From the NCBI RefSeq assembly GCF_009914755.1, contig NC_060925.1: 64,000 nt of DNA. One strand, written 5' to 3'. The notes under the pieces are model-generated. The model searched no databases and was not told where the DNA came from. It saw only the letters and a program-made list of their open reading frames with translations. The DNA is from the human T2T-CHM13v2.0 reference genome, Homo sapiens. Position numbers and translations under genes: made by a program. This document shows positions 16,023-28,454 of this stretch, one piece after another; the stretch's first letter is position 1; each line of letters begins with the position of its first letter.

Positions 16023-16879
16023 TTCTGTAGTAAGGATGTGCATGTGGTTGATCCATATGGTTACATTTAACCCTTTGAAAGGTCTGCATCCAAGATCTAA
16101 ACGCATTTCTTCCTTCCTCCTTTCCTCAAAGGTTCAGTAGAAGGGGTCCCTGTCTATCACCTAGAGTGGGACCTTGCATGGAAGGACACTTACGGATAGA
16201 GGATGAGGAAAACTCTCTACCGAGATTTAACCCATATGTTCTGCCCAGCAGAACCTACCAAGAACTGCCCTAGGGCTCAACCCCAAGACAATAGTGCTTT
16301 ACACAGCAAGAGCAACTCCTACAAAGACCCTCAGCTCTGTCATCCTGAAGGGTAACCTCTCATGCATGAGACTGCCTGCTTCTCTGGCTCCTTCTGATTT
16401 GCAACAGCTAAAAGGTTGGTTCGATTTTCATTCTGCCCCCTTCACCCTCCCATCTGTTGTACAGAAGGCTGCTTTCCGTCAGCTGGTGGCAGACCATGCC
16501 TTGCTCATTCCCGGGCCCTCACAGGAAATCCTGGTGGGCACGCAGCAAGGATTTCAAGGGAGAAGGCAGTAACCGAAGTCGAACTGTTTCTAAGAGTATG
16601 CAAGTGCCCGGTGATTGACGTGCACAACATCAGCATCCTGCAATTGACATTTCAACATCACAGGATGATGCGTCAAAAGAAGAAAAGTGAGGGCCTGTGC
16701 CCTCGATTTCTTCTGAAATTGTGCTGTTTGTGAAATTCACTCGTCCACAAAGAGTCTGCTAATCACTAATGTGAGGAACTATGGTTGTTGGCCTATGGGC
16801 AGGGGAGGTGATAAGGCCTTAGAACTGGGAATCTAGATTCGGGATCTGATCACTTGACTGAGCAAACTTGCTCTTTCCT

Positions 16880-16885
16880 TTTATT
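16880..16885 (-). terminator. Candidate proximal polyadenylation signal AATAAA
   Basis: TTTATT on the + strand, with a U-rich upstream stretch and UGUA at 16924-16927. Confidence 0.5.
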
Positions 16886-17152
16886 TAAAACACAAAACAA
16901 AACTTCCTGAACTGAAGTCACAGTACAGAATAGAATGGGATGGACAGAAAGACTCAAGAGGGCAGCTCCGCAATGGCTATTTTCTTGATTCAGTGCTATT
17001 TCTGGCATCATGTGCTGCAATGTGAATTTTTGCTTTTCTCACAGGCCTGGGATTCCTCAGGTCACAAAAGGTGACCAGCAGCCTCTACTCAAATCGTTTT
17101 AGTGTTTGTTCCTGAACAAGCTGTGTTCACTAGAACATGAACACTTAAACCA

Positions 17153-17159
17153 ATTGCAC
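17153..17159 (-). promoter_or_regulatory. miR-92a/25/32 family 7mer-m8 seed match (GUGCAAU) in the 3'UTR
   Basis: ATTGCAC on the + strand. miR-92a regulation of PLPP3 in endothelium is reported (from memory). Confidence 0.7.
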
Positions 17160-17380
17160 ATCCAGGACTCTGGCACTTGGTGTTAGTTTGCTGTTGTTTC
17201 CACATAGGCAAACACTACCTATTTTGGAAGGCCACATAGTAAAACATTTTTTTTTTCCTTTTTAAAAATCAGTCGGGCAAAAGTTTTTCCCTACATTCTA
17301 CTGTCTGATGAGATTGGAGAGCAGCAAGAACTTGCTGTCAGCAGTCATTTTACAAAAACAGCTCAGGAGGTGGGTGGCAC

Positions 17381-17506
17381 CTACATCATGTTGTGGTGAT
17401 TGTTCCTGTCAATAATGTCCACAGGTGAAAGGATTTCCTTCCGGATAGCAGGGGCAGGCAGGGAGAGCGTCGTCTTAGTCTTGAAGAGGTCAGACACGAA
17501 GAAAAC
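17381..17506 (-). CDS. PLPP3: PLPP3 last exon, coding part (VFFVSDLFKTKTTLSLPAPAIRKEILSPVDIIDRNNHHNMM*)
   Basis: AG acceptor at 17507-17508, then 41 codons and TAG at 17381-17383. Matches the LPP3 C-terminus. Confidence 0.97.
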   Translation of the reverse strand, partial: VFFVSDLFKTKTTLSLPAPAIRKEILSPVDIIDRNNHHNMM

Positions 17507-17799
17507 CTAGAAGCACAAATCAGAGATCGAAGTCAGTAACTGACATCGGGGGTCTGGGTACAGAGGGAAAAGGAAGGTCAGAGGAGCGCAGACTTCAGGA
17601 AAAGGGGCCCCAAATCATAACTCTTTGAATAGGGAAGGACAACAGAGATCATATCATCAAGGTTTATTGTACAGATAGGGAAACTGAGACCCGGGAAAAG
17701 GCAGTGACATGTCCCAGGTTGCACAACACTGGTTCAGTAGAATCCACTTCTAAGGACTCTCAGTCCATTGCCCATATCTGCAACCCATACTTCCTTATT

Positions 17800-18150
17800 T
17801 CTCAAGGCAAACGAATAGCAATGAAAGATAAGTTCCTCAACAAAGGAAGCAGGTCATAATTAGTGATAGTCATTAATTCACACTACTTTCCCTTTCCTCA
17901 CAAAGGAATCCAGGGTGTAACCGAAAAAGATCAGCCAACATGAACTCCTATCAGCAAGAGCTGAAGTCAGGCAGTGGTAACTACTTTTTCCTGAAAACTT
18001 AGTGATATCAACCATTTGACGGGGGTCAAGAAACCAGGTTCTCGTTGCTGAGAAAGTTGGCAACTAAACGTGGAGGAACGGTTAATGACAAATCTCGTAT
18101 CACTCATTCCCAGCGTCCTTTTTCCTCCTGGGGATGTGACCTCACTGAGT
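17800..18150. promoter_or_regulatory. Probable intron-5 endothelial enhancer of PLPP3 (limits approximate)
   Basis: Unique sequence just upstream of the last exon with GATA (AGATAA ~17826) and ETS (AGGAAG ~17844, TTCCTG ~17988) cores. Location agrees with the recalled coronary-artery-disease (CAD) associated enhancer. Confidence 0.5.
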
Positions 18151-19388
18151 CTGAACAATACTTGAGAAACATTTATTGAGTGCCACTTGCAAAGGTGTGA
18201 GGATGGCACAGGCATAGTTCCTGCCTCAATGTGCTTATGATGAAAGATTCAAGGGTTTGATGAGCTACTGGAGTAAGAAAAATTTATGCTTTGTATTAGA
18301 TGGCAAAATAAACACACAGACATCCATTTGAGCCATTTAGCAACAGGAGTTTTTACTAAGTAACCATAAGCGGCAGCTATCAGTCATGTAATTTAATAGG
18401 AAACACTTGGCTGGATTTCAAAATAGCGACTAAAACACTATCAAAGTTTCTACACCCAACAGCCTTCTGAATTGATGAGTCTTTGTCCTGCAGATGGTAA
18501 TGTGCTCACTACTAATGACAGCACTGTGGTTTCACTCTGGCCACATTATAGGCAAGAAAATGAAGTTCTTAATAAGATTTTACCAAAACTAAGGCTCTGG
18601 CGATCCAGGGCCTGGCCACAGTAGGGACTTGAATTATTTGTTAAACTCATTTTCACAGTGTCCCTTCTGTAGCAACACGGCAATCAAGAAAGTGCTATAA
18701 AAATCACAGCAAGAAATTGGTGATGCTCGTTACCTCAAGAGAAGGGAACTGGGTGGCTAGAAGGCAAAGGTGAAACAGACATTTACTGGTCACTGTAAAA
18801 CCTGTTGTACCTTTTGAATTTTGTACCCATTGCATATATTACCTACCAAAACATATAATAAGTATTATTTTGTTGTTAAAAAAAAAAAGCTAGGCTATTT
18901 CTATGCTACTACAAGAAAATGAAATATTAGCCGAGAAGTGTAACATCTTAATACATTCACAGTTTGAGTGCTATTGATGTACCACTTTGCAAAGGAAAAA
19001 GTTAAGTCTTTTCTCCCTTTCTTTTGTCAGGAGGTTTGAACAGTGAAAACCATGGTACCAAAAGATTTGTCTCCTAGTCAGAGTCAAACTTGAGGATCAG
19101 GAAAGAAAAGATCTGTGCACAACCTGCCAGTAGGCTCTAGGCTCCCCTGCCAGAAAATTCTTTGTAGTTGGTTTGGGAAACTGTTTTCAAGTGTCCCCAG
19201 TATAAGGAAACAGACTCGATTAAAGTTCAATGAGAAGATAATTAAACTTTTCAACTCTTCTCCGCCCCAGGCCCAGCCCCAGCCCCAGCTCCACATTTTC
19301 CCTTATCTCCCCCAGTGGCCTTACTTCTTTTTGTACTAAAATGATGTTATCATCTGAGAGGTGCAGACAACAATGTCCTCATCTGTAG

Positions 19389-19761
<373 letters not shown>

Positions 19762-21551
19762 CATCACTACTTTTAACTTCACTTATTCCAGCTTAGCAGC
19801 TAGATTCATGAAAATAAGTCGTACAGGCCTAATTTCTTAGAGCTTTCTCCCAGAATCCATCCCATCTGCCAAGGGCAAATATAGCTGGGGACAGCTCCCC
19901 CGTCCCCCCCCCCACCTTCCCCCCTTCAAGATCTTGAAGAATCTACCACCTCAATCTACTGGCTTATCTCCCAACCTAATTTTCTGAGCTCACAGTCACT
20001 ATATCCTAGGGTTTCCATTTCCTAACTGCAGGATAGGAATCATATGAAGATTAAAGGCAATAATAACTTGAGAAGATCTAAACCTGTGACTGTTACATAG
20101 TTCAATAGAAGGCATTCCGTTCTCTAATGATCTGGATACCAAAGTAATTACTGGGCCTAGAGAAAGCCATGCTCTCCCATGTGTCCAAAACTATGCTTAT
20201 CGACCTTTCTTCCTAGATGGGAGGCTTCTTGAAGATGGAATCCTATCCCTAATCACCCTGAATCACCCAAAGCACTTAGCTTTGAGCCCTGTACACAATA
20301 AGGGCTTAATAAATGTTTGTCGTTGAATTTCAAAAATTCTCTCTACTTACTAGAAAGCAAGCACTCTGGCCTTGGACTTTATTGACAATACAACTCCTAC
20401 AGACTTGAGGGGGAACCACATACTCAAATACTGCCTGCACGGAGCCAAGCGGTGAGGTGAAAAGTTGAGTCAGGTCCAGCAGAATCCCACTTTAAGCTGT
20501 ATTTCACTTTCAGCATGACTTGAGGTTACACAAACACTTTTTTTTGGGATCACGAAACGTAATACTGTCAAGACCGAAACAGGGTTCAGTCTTCCTAATA
20601 TTTGAACAGCAGGACACAAAAAGACCTAGTAAAAGTAAAAGCTTCTTGGCTTGAAGCAGTTCCATTTCCTACAGAAGATGATCTCCACCCAGAAGGAAAA
20701 CCCAGAGGCCCAGGCTGGGAAGGGTCTATACAAATTAAGTAGCTGTCTTAGGTCTGTGGGATAAACCCACTGCCAGCCCACAATCCTACTCCACAGATCT
20801 CTGCTGTGTGAAAGGACACACTGGACAATAAATACAGTTCCAACAAACAAGAAAAACTATACCCTAAGCACAGAGAAGAGATCTAAGTTACGATGCGCAG
20901 AACATTTGTTTTCAATTCCGTTTCTCCAATTCTTTGAATTTTATAAATTACTCTTTTTTTGGAAAATGAATGAATGCAATCAATAAATACTTATTGGATT
21001 CCTGCTATGTGTTAAACTCCAAAAATATGAAGATGAATATATATAAGACAGTCTTTTACCCTCAAGGAGTTTATAGGCCAATGAGTTAGACAGCCAGGTA
21101 AACAGATGACCACAATACAGCATATTAAGGATTATGATGGAGGGAAGCAAGGGTGTTGAGGAAGCACAGAGAATGTGGCATTTAACCCAGACTGAAGGGG
21201 AGTGGGAAGCAGGCCTTAGAAGGCTTCTCCTAAAGGTTGTCTATTTGATCTTAGCTTTGAAGGATAAGGAGGAGTTAACCAGGCAGTGAATGCTAGGATG
21301 TTATAGGCAAAGGGAATAGTGTGTGCAAAGGTACAGGAGAAAGGGAGTACAGCACATCCAGGAGCTGCAGGAAGCTCAGTATATCTAAGGCGGAGCAGTC
21401 AAAGAGGCTGGAGAGGAGAGGACTAGATATTGAAAAGCGTCTTGGGACATGTTAAAAGTTCAGATCTCATTCTTTTGGCCCTAGGAATCATTGTCAAGGT
21501 GAAAGCAGGGAAGCAACATGTTGGAAAGACCTGCATTAAGATCATGTTGGA

Positions 21552-21857
21552 GGTCAGGTGCAGTGGCTCACGCCTAAAATCCCAGCACTTTGGGAGGCTG
21601 AGGCAGGTGGATCATCTGAGGTCAGGAGTTAGAGACCAGCCTGGCCAACATGGTGAAACCCCCTCTCTACAAAAGTACAAAAATTAGGTGGGCATGATGG
21701 TGGGTGCCTATAATCCCAGCTACTCGGGAGGCTGAGGTGGAAGAATCACTTGGACCTGGGAGGCGGAGGTTTCAGTGAGCCAAGATGGTGCCATTGCACT
21801 CCAGCCTGGGCGAGACAGCGAGACTCTGTCTCAGACAAAAAAAAAAAAAAAAAAAAA
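21552..21857 (+). mobile_element. AluS inserted in an L2 remnant
   Basis: Alu consensus; TSD ATCATGTTGG. Confidence 0.92.
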
Positions 21858-22229
21858 TCATGTTGGTAACTAAAATGGAGACGGAGTCAAAAAGCATGCA
21901 GTGAGCCTGGAGGCAGGGATTACAGAGTCTAGGGGAGGATGAGTCCTGAACAACACCTATACAGTAAAGACAAAGAAGAAGAGATGGATTTTGAAATGTT
22001 GAGGACAGGACTGCAGCTGATAGAGGTTATATGTTTGGGGTGGGTATGTGTGCGAGGGAGGCAATGTTTTTCTTTCTAGTTCTGTTTTCAACTCTAGAAA
22101 TCTTTGCACTTATTCCCATAAAAACTCTTAAAATTTTGATAACTATGCTAGGAAAGAAATATATATAACTCTGCTTTCCTATGCCTGTGACATTGTCTTG
22201 GGGGAGTGATTGCCCCCCACGCCAGTGGC

Positions 22230-22395
22230 ATGTAGTACTGTATAGTGTTGTACCACCATCACTTTTATCTAATTCCAAGACATTTCATTACCCCAAAATA
22301 AAACTCCATAAACTTTAAGCAGTCATGTCCCATTCCCTTCTCTCCCCAGCCCCTGGTAACCATCAATCTACTTTCTGTTTCTATGGATTTATCTG
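22230..22395 (-). mobile_element. Short L1MB-type fragment
   Basis: CCCCAGCCCCTGGTAACCATCAATCTACTTTCTGTTTCTATGGATTT motif. Confidence 0.7.
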
Positions 22396-23204
22396 TGGGG
22401 AAGTGATTCTGACCTCCTCCTGAGTCAAAAGGAGTAAACTGTTCTGTGATCCCAGGGTGGAATATGATCTAATTTACCCAAGCACTGTGGACAATGTAGC
22501 CCCTTCCTTCAAGAGCATGAGTACACACAAACAAGACAACTCTAAGCTGTAAGAACCCCATTCACCGTGATGAAGAGATAAAACAAACAAAAAACTGGAA
22601 AAAGATAAAAAGAGAGGGGGGAAAAAAGAGTGGTTGAGACTATGAATGAACATGTGAAATCTGACACATTCTAGCTGGATGTAGAGGCAATATGCTGATG
22701 GGAGTTTTCTATAGGACAAACAGAATCTGCTCTCAAAGTTCTTACAATTTCTAGAGCTATCTTTGGCCAAGAGTTGGCACACTCAAAGAGGAAGATGCTT
22801 CCGATGTCTTACTGCCAGCATTCACACTCCGGAAATGTCAGCCTTCCAGGGAGCACACACAGTCCAGCCCTGCTGGGGTGCTGCCTGCCTAGAGGTCACC
22901 AAGAACCAAGTACACCAGAAATAAGAAGTCTGGTAGGTAGCCAGGTTCCTCCTTTCATTGCTAGGAATGGCTGAATCAGCAAATTTTGAGGGTCATTTTG
23001 TTAATTTTGTTAAGGGCAGATTATGACAATAAAATTATCCTTTAAATGTTCCTAGGGTCCCTGAGTGTAAGTGAACTCCTTGAAAATAGGAATCCCATCC
23101 TTACGTAACACATTGAGCTAAAATGCTAGCAAAGGGTAGATAACTATAAAAGCAGAAGAATTTTAGAATCTTAGAACCTCAAGAAAATTGAGCATCATCT
23201 ATTC

Positions 23205-23340
23205 TGGTATTTCTTAAAGTGTTGTCCTCAAACCATCTGTTTCAGAATCACCTGGGAGCTTCCTGAAATAGCAGATTCCTGGGCCCATCTAAGACCTACT
23301 GAGAATCTGGAATCTGCATTTTAGCAAACACTACAGTTAT
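23205..23340. mobile_element. MER5A-like MITE
   Basis: CAGAATCACCTGGGAG...GCAGATTCCTGGGCCC...AATCTGCATTTT. Confidence 0.7.
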
Positions 23341-24229
23341 TTGTTATCCAGAGTACAGTTAAAAGAGCCATTAGTGGACAATCTGTGGAGATGAACAGAT
23401 GGGCTCAAATCCTAGATCTGCCATTGCATGGCTGTGTGTCTTAGACAATCTACACTGGGCACAACATTACCTTTCTTGAACCACCCTTCTCTTCTCTCTT
23501 TGGTACCCATATTGAACTTTAATAACCTTCCATCTTAGTGTTAGGCCGTAGGCTTTGATACGTGACGCTTTAAATGCTGTGTCATATTTCCCCTTCTAGA
23601 CTGAGCTAGCTACTCAAGGGCATGGATCGTGTTGAGTCATCCCTGTTTTCAGAGTTCAAAAACTGTAGCTCTTAATAGAGCTCCACCATGTGAGCGTAAA
23701 GACCATGGCTGTTGCTCCTTTTGCATGCATTCCCATGTGATTTGGCCCTGGGATTTCCTTTTAGCTTTCTGGTCTACCATACTGAACAATCTCATGGATT
23801 AAGGAAGGAATAACCCTCTTTGGAGGAGAAAGCCTTGGGACCTGGCTCACCCTCATGCCCTAAGTACAGTAAGTGCTATCTAAAGAAAAGCCATCTTTGG
23901 CAGCCGTTTTTTTTTTAACTAGATGGGATTATCCAACTGCAATCATTATTTTTTGACCTCAATAAAGGGCTTTCAGCGGCTTTTGGCACTGGGAATTTGT
24001 GAGCATTTCTGTTGAGTGACTTCCTAGTATAACTGAGAGGGAAAATGATGAGGTGGAAAAGAGTGTGACACTGGAAATCAGACAGCAGAATATAGTCCCA
24101 AAATTTCTACTGGTGTGTGATCCAAGCTGTTACACTTGTCTTGAATTTATACAAGATTAAAAGGTTTTATAGTTGCAGATGATGGGTCTGCCCTGTATTT
24201 GTGTGGAAATGTTATTTTTAAAATCCACC

Positions 24230-24521
24230 GGCTGGCCGCGGTGGCTCACAGCTGTAATCCCAGCACTTTGGGAGGCCGAGGTGGGCGGATCACTTCAGGT
24301 GGGGAGTTCGAGACCAGCCTGACCAACATGGAGAAACCCTGTCTCTACTAAAAATACAAAAATTAGCTGGGCATGATTGCACACGCCTGTAATCCCAGCT
24401 ACTTGGGAGACTGAGGCAGGAGAATCACTTGAACCTGGGAGATGGAGGTTGTGGTGAGCTGTGATTGCACTCCAGCCTGCAACAAGAGTGAAACTCCATC
24501 TCCAAAAAAAACCAAAAAAAA
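24230..24521 (+). mobile_element. AluS (Sp/Sq-like)
   Basis: Alu consensus with CTGACCAACATGGAGAAACCC; TSD AAAATCCACC. Confidence 0.92.
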
Positions 24522-24611
24522 TCCACCTACCTGTGGTTCCTGTAAGGCTTACATGGAATATATGTGAAAACACTTTGTAGCTATGAAGAACTACTCATTC
24601 ATTCATTCAGT

Positions 24612-24896
24612 TATTTATTTTGAGACAGAGTCTTGCTCTGTCGCTCAGGCTGGAGTGCAGTGCACGATCTCCACTCACTGCAGCCTCCACCTCCCCAGTC
24701 CAAGTATTCTTGTGCCTCAGCCTCCGAGTAGCTGGGATTACAGGTGTGCACCACTGCACCTGGCCAATTTTTGTATTTTTTTAGTAGAGACGGGATGTTG
24801 GCTGGCCTGGTCTTGAACTTCTGAAGTCAAGTGATCCACCCACCTTGGCCTCCTAAAGCGCTGGGATTACAGGTGTAAGCCACTACGCACCCAGCC
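24612..24896 (-). mobile_element. Alu (S/J)
   Basis: Reverse Alu consensus; TSD TATGAAG(A/G)ACTA(C/T)TCA. Confidence 0.9.
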
Positions 24897-26259
24897 TTAT
24901 GAAGGACTATTCACATCATCACTGCTATTGAGGAATGTGAAGAAAAGTAGTCCCACAAAATGAACAAAGAGGGTTTAGAGGAGGAAAGAAAGTTGAGAGC
25001 AATTTTGCGGAGCATGCTGCTGTGTGCCTGTGGTCCCAGCTAGTCAGGAAGTTGAAGTGGGAGGACGGCTTGAGCCCAAGAGTTTAAGGCCAGCCTGGGC
25101 AACATAGGAAGACCCGCCCCCGCCCTTTAAAGAAAGTTGTGGGCAATACTGATGGAGAACAGGAATCTATGCCAAGGAACCTTCCAGGAAAATATTCATA
25201 GGCTATTAGGGAGGGTGTCTGGTAAGGAGTACCCAGGGGACTGACAGCTCTGTCTATGGGGTGCTAAATGCAGTAGGAGCTGGAGCTTAGGAACATAGTA
25301 CCCAAAGATGACCAAGGCTCAACAAAGGCAGGGGACCCCATTCCCAGAAACCATCCAATTTTGAAGCTGAAAGGGAGAATGAGGCTACTATTCATTGAGG
25401 TCACCTCTCCCCATTATCCCCCAAGTTTCGTTGTTCTGCATTTCTAGGGTCACAAAACATATCATGTTCTCACCCATCGCCATGTCTTCATGGTATTCCT
25501 TCTGCGTGGAATTCCCTTCCTTATCTTTTGTATCTTACAGCAAATGACCATTCATTTTTAAATAATTACCTACTCTAAAAATTCTTTCTAGTCTTCCAAC
25601 ACCCTCAAGAAGAATTAATCACCCCTTCTCTTGTAACCCCACTGTCCTCAGTAGTGTATCCCATCCCAGCAGCCGTGCCCTTCTATCATACTTGTCTGTT
25701 TACATGTCTATTCCTACTAGATCATTCTCAAGCCATTAGCAAGCTACAAAATCAACTAACTAGGTGGTTACCACCAGCATTTTTGAAGGTTAATAGAAAA
25801 TATCAGAATTTCTCACACAGTAAGGGCAAGTCTTATTTTGTGAAATATTTGTTTTAGTTACGTGTGGGTGCCTCTATTGGGTTATGATATAAAGTGTATT
25901 TCTTATTATAGATGGCGGTCAAGTCTTGGAAAGCTACTGCACTAGATAAGCTCTTTAAGGACCAACTCCTTTTAGCTCTGAATCTTTAAACAAAGCATAG
26001 TACTTAACGCACAATTCACAATCAATATGTTGCATGTGCCAAGCATGATGTATCTTTAATTCTCTGAATCCTCAATCCAAAAATCATGTTAGGCATTATC
26101 ATCCCAACCTCATGGGATTGGAAAAGGTGGCTGAGAGGTGAAGTGACTTGCCCTGACAGCCTACCTAGCAAGTGGCAGGAATATAACTTCCTCTCTGAAC
26201 CTCTGCTTCGTCAGCTCATCCATCTTAGCAGGGGAACAAGAAAGGAAGTTTTATAAGTA

Positions 26260-26703
26260 CAGTTGATCCTTGAATAACATGAGCTTGAACTGCATGGGTC
26301 CACTTAAACACAAATTTTCTTCTGCTTCTGCCAACCCTGAGACAGCAAGACCAACCCCTCCTCTTCTTCCTCCTCGTGAGCCTACTCAACATGGAAACAA
26401 CCAGCATGAAGACTTTTATGGTGATCACTTCCACCTAATGTATAGTAAATATATTTCCTCTTCCTTATAATTTTCTTGATAATATTTTCTTTTCTCTAGC
26501 TTACTTTATTGTAAGAATACTGTATATAATACATAAAACATACAAAACATATGTTAATTGACTGTTTATGTTATCAGTAAGGCTTCCAATCAACATTAGG
26601 CTGTTAGTAGTTTTAAGTTTTGAGGGAGTCAAAAGTTCTATTTGGACTTTTTATTGTGCTGGAGGTCGGAACCTCTAGTCCCCATGTTGTTCAAGGTCAA
26701 CTG
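26260..26703 (+). mobile_element. Tigger2a-like (TcMar-Tigger) non-autonomous DNA transposon
   Basis: Terminal inverted repeats CAGTTGATCCTTGAATAACA and TGTTGTTCAAGGTCAACTG, flanked by TA on both sides. Confidence 0.88.
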
Positions 26704-28454
26704 TATTTTGAACAGTTGTAGAGTACTACAAAGATAGTGTCGTTATCTATTGGCGGCCAAAGTTTATTTCTTTGCTTCCTTCTCTCTCCCACATCCATGT
26801 TTCTGCCTGCCTAAGAGTGGGGGCCAGCAGTGGCAAGATCAGATTACCTCAAGGTCACATTACTGGGCAAAGAGTTAGACTTCTGCAGGGCCAGAAGAGG
26901 TTTGGGAGCTCATTTCATCCATTCCCCTGTGCCCAGGCAGCCCTGGAGTAAATCAGAAGGGAATAGATGGGACTCTCTCCTGTTAGAGAAGGAAGAGGCC
27001 TTGCAAATCCATGGCTAAGCATGCTTGGAATTTACTGTTTAGCCCTTTAGATGGAATCAAGAAACTGGGGATTTGGTTCCTACTCTGCTACTATGTGTCC
27101 TTGGGCGTGTCCTGGCCTCTCCCTGCACTGCAGTTTCCTTTTGCAGGGGTTGTCATCGCTGAACTCTTCTTCACACTGGCATTCTTGCTGGTGTCTTTTC
27201 CCAAGGTCACCTCACTGGGGCAGAGACAAAGAACGCCCTCGCCCTTCCCTACATCTGGAGGAAGATAGCAGCACACAAAAGAGCAACGGCAAGCGGAGCC
27301 ACACCCCCGGGAAGAGGAAAACCAGGAAAGACTCTGCTGTGTATTTACGAAATCCATGAGCAGCTGCTTCCTCTGCTGAACCCACAGCAATGGCAGCCGG
27401 GCCCTCCCCTGACCCCTCCCAGGGGCCCCTAATTTGCCATCTGTTAGAGGGTCAGGGAGGAGGTGACCAGATATGCAAGTTGTCACCAGACAGGAAATGA
27501 ACCGATGTCTGTTCCTTCGTCCTAGTCCCTGTGTGAGTCCAACTGTAAAGCTCACATCTTTGGTAGGGGTAACTTAGTGAGTGTGTAGGCGGGAGGGGGC
27601 TGGGAGAGCCAATATGAGCCTGTGTTTTTTTTTTATTCGTCTGTCTGTTTATGTGTGTCTGTGGTTCTGAGTACGATTGGGTCTGCCCATGCACCTCATG
27701 GTCTATCTGGGCTGTGGCCTTCTCCTTTGTCCTGTGTACCTCTGTCCAGATCTCTGAAGGTGTGCAGGCAGGCCTATCCGACCCTAAGTGCTTGTGTCTT
27801 TGTGTTGAGTTCATGACACTGTATAGGTTTTCTGTCTGTGCTGGCTTCCATTGTCTTCCTTTTCTGGAAAGCATTCAATTAGTAAGCAATGGAGGAGGAA
27901 ACCAGACTTCCATTTGACATGTGATTTTTGTCTAGACAAGTCTGCCTGTTGTGACAGGATCTACCCTCAACAGACCCAGGTAAAAGTTCTCGGCTGTCAT
28001 GCCTGTTGCCTAAGGCTCTGCAGTTATGGAACCAGCATTCTAGGGTTAATGCACTGTACCTCAGTCAGTTACTACAAAGTCAGCTGTGCCATAGAATGTC
28101 TGTGCACAAAGGTCATGGAGCTACAAGGCCTCCAGCTTCAATTCACAGGTGAGGAAACTAGGCCCAGAAGGGAAGTGTCTGGCCTGAAGCCACAAGCTAA
28201 TTCATCATTCACCATTTACCCAATGCTGATGAAGCACCTATTGTGTCAGCTGCTGTACTACATACCGAGAATAAATAATCAGAAGGTTAAGCCATGGATT
28301 CTGCTATTAAGGCACCCACAATCTAGCTGAAGAGACAGACATATGAGCAGGCCATGAGTAGATGAGGCCTAAAGCCATGGTAGGAAGAAAGTGCAAAAGG
28401 CCATGGGGGACTGGAAGGAAGTGAGACAATACTGTCTCCAGGGACTGGGGAAGT

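Larger units (their letters stand above)
15595..17380 (-). other. PLPP3: PLPP3 3'UTR (~1.8 kb; 3' end approximate)
   Basis: Apparently repeat-free sequence after the stop codon, AU-rich distally, ending at an AATAAA with a GU-rich downstream element. Confidence 0.88.

Noticed and set aside
17378-17383. Stop-codon readthrough of PLPP3
   Set aside because: The stop context is TAG-GTG, not the leaky TGA-CTAG type.
27011-28330. Cluster of overlapping 85-159 aa ORFs on both strands
   Set aside because: No recognisable domain, many non-ATG starts and low-complexity composition; consistent with chance ORFs in GC/GT-richer intron.
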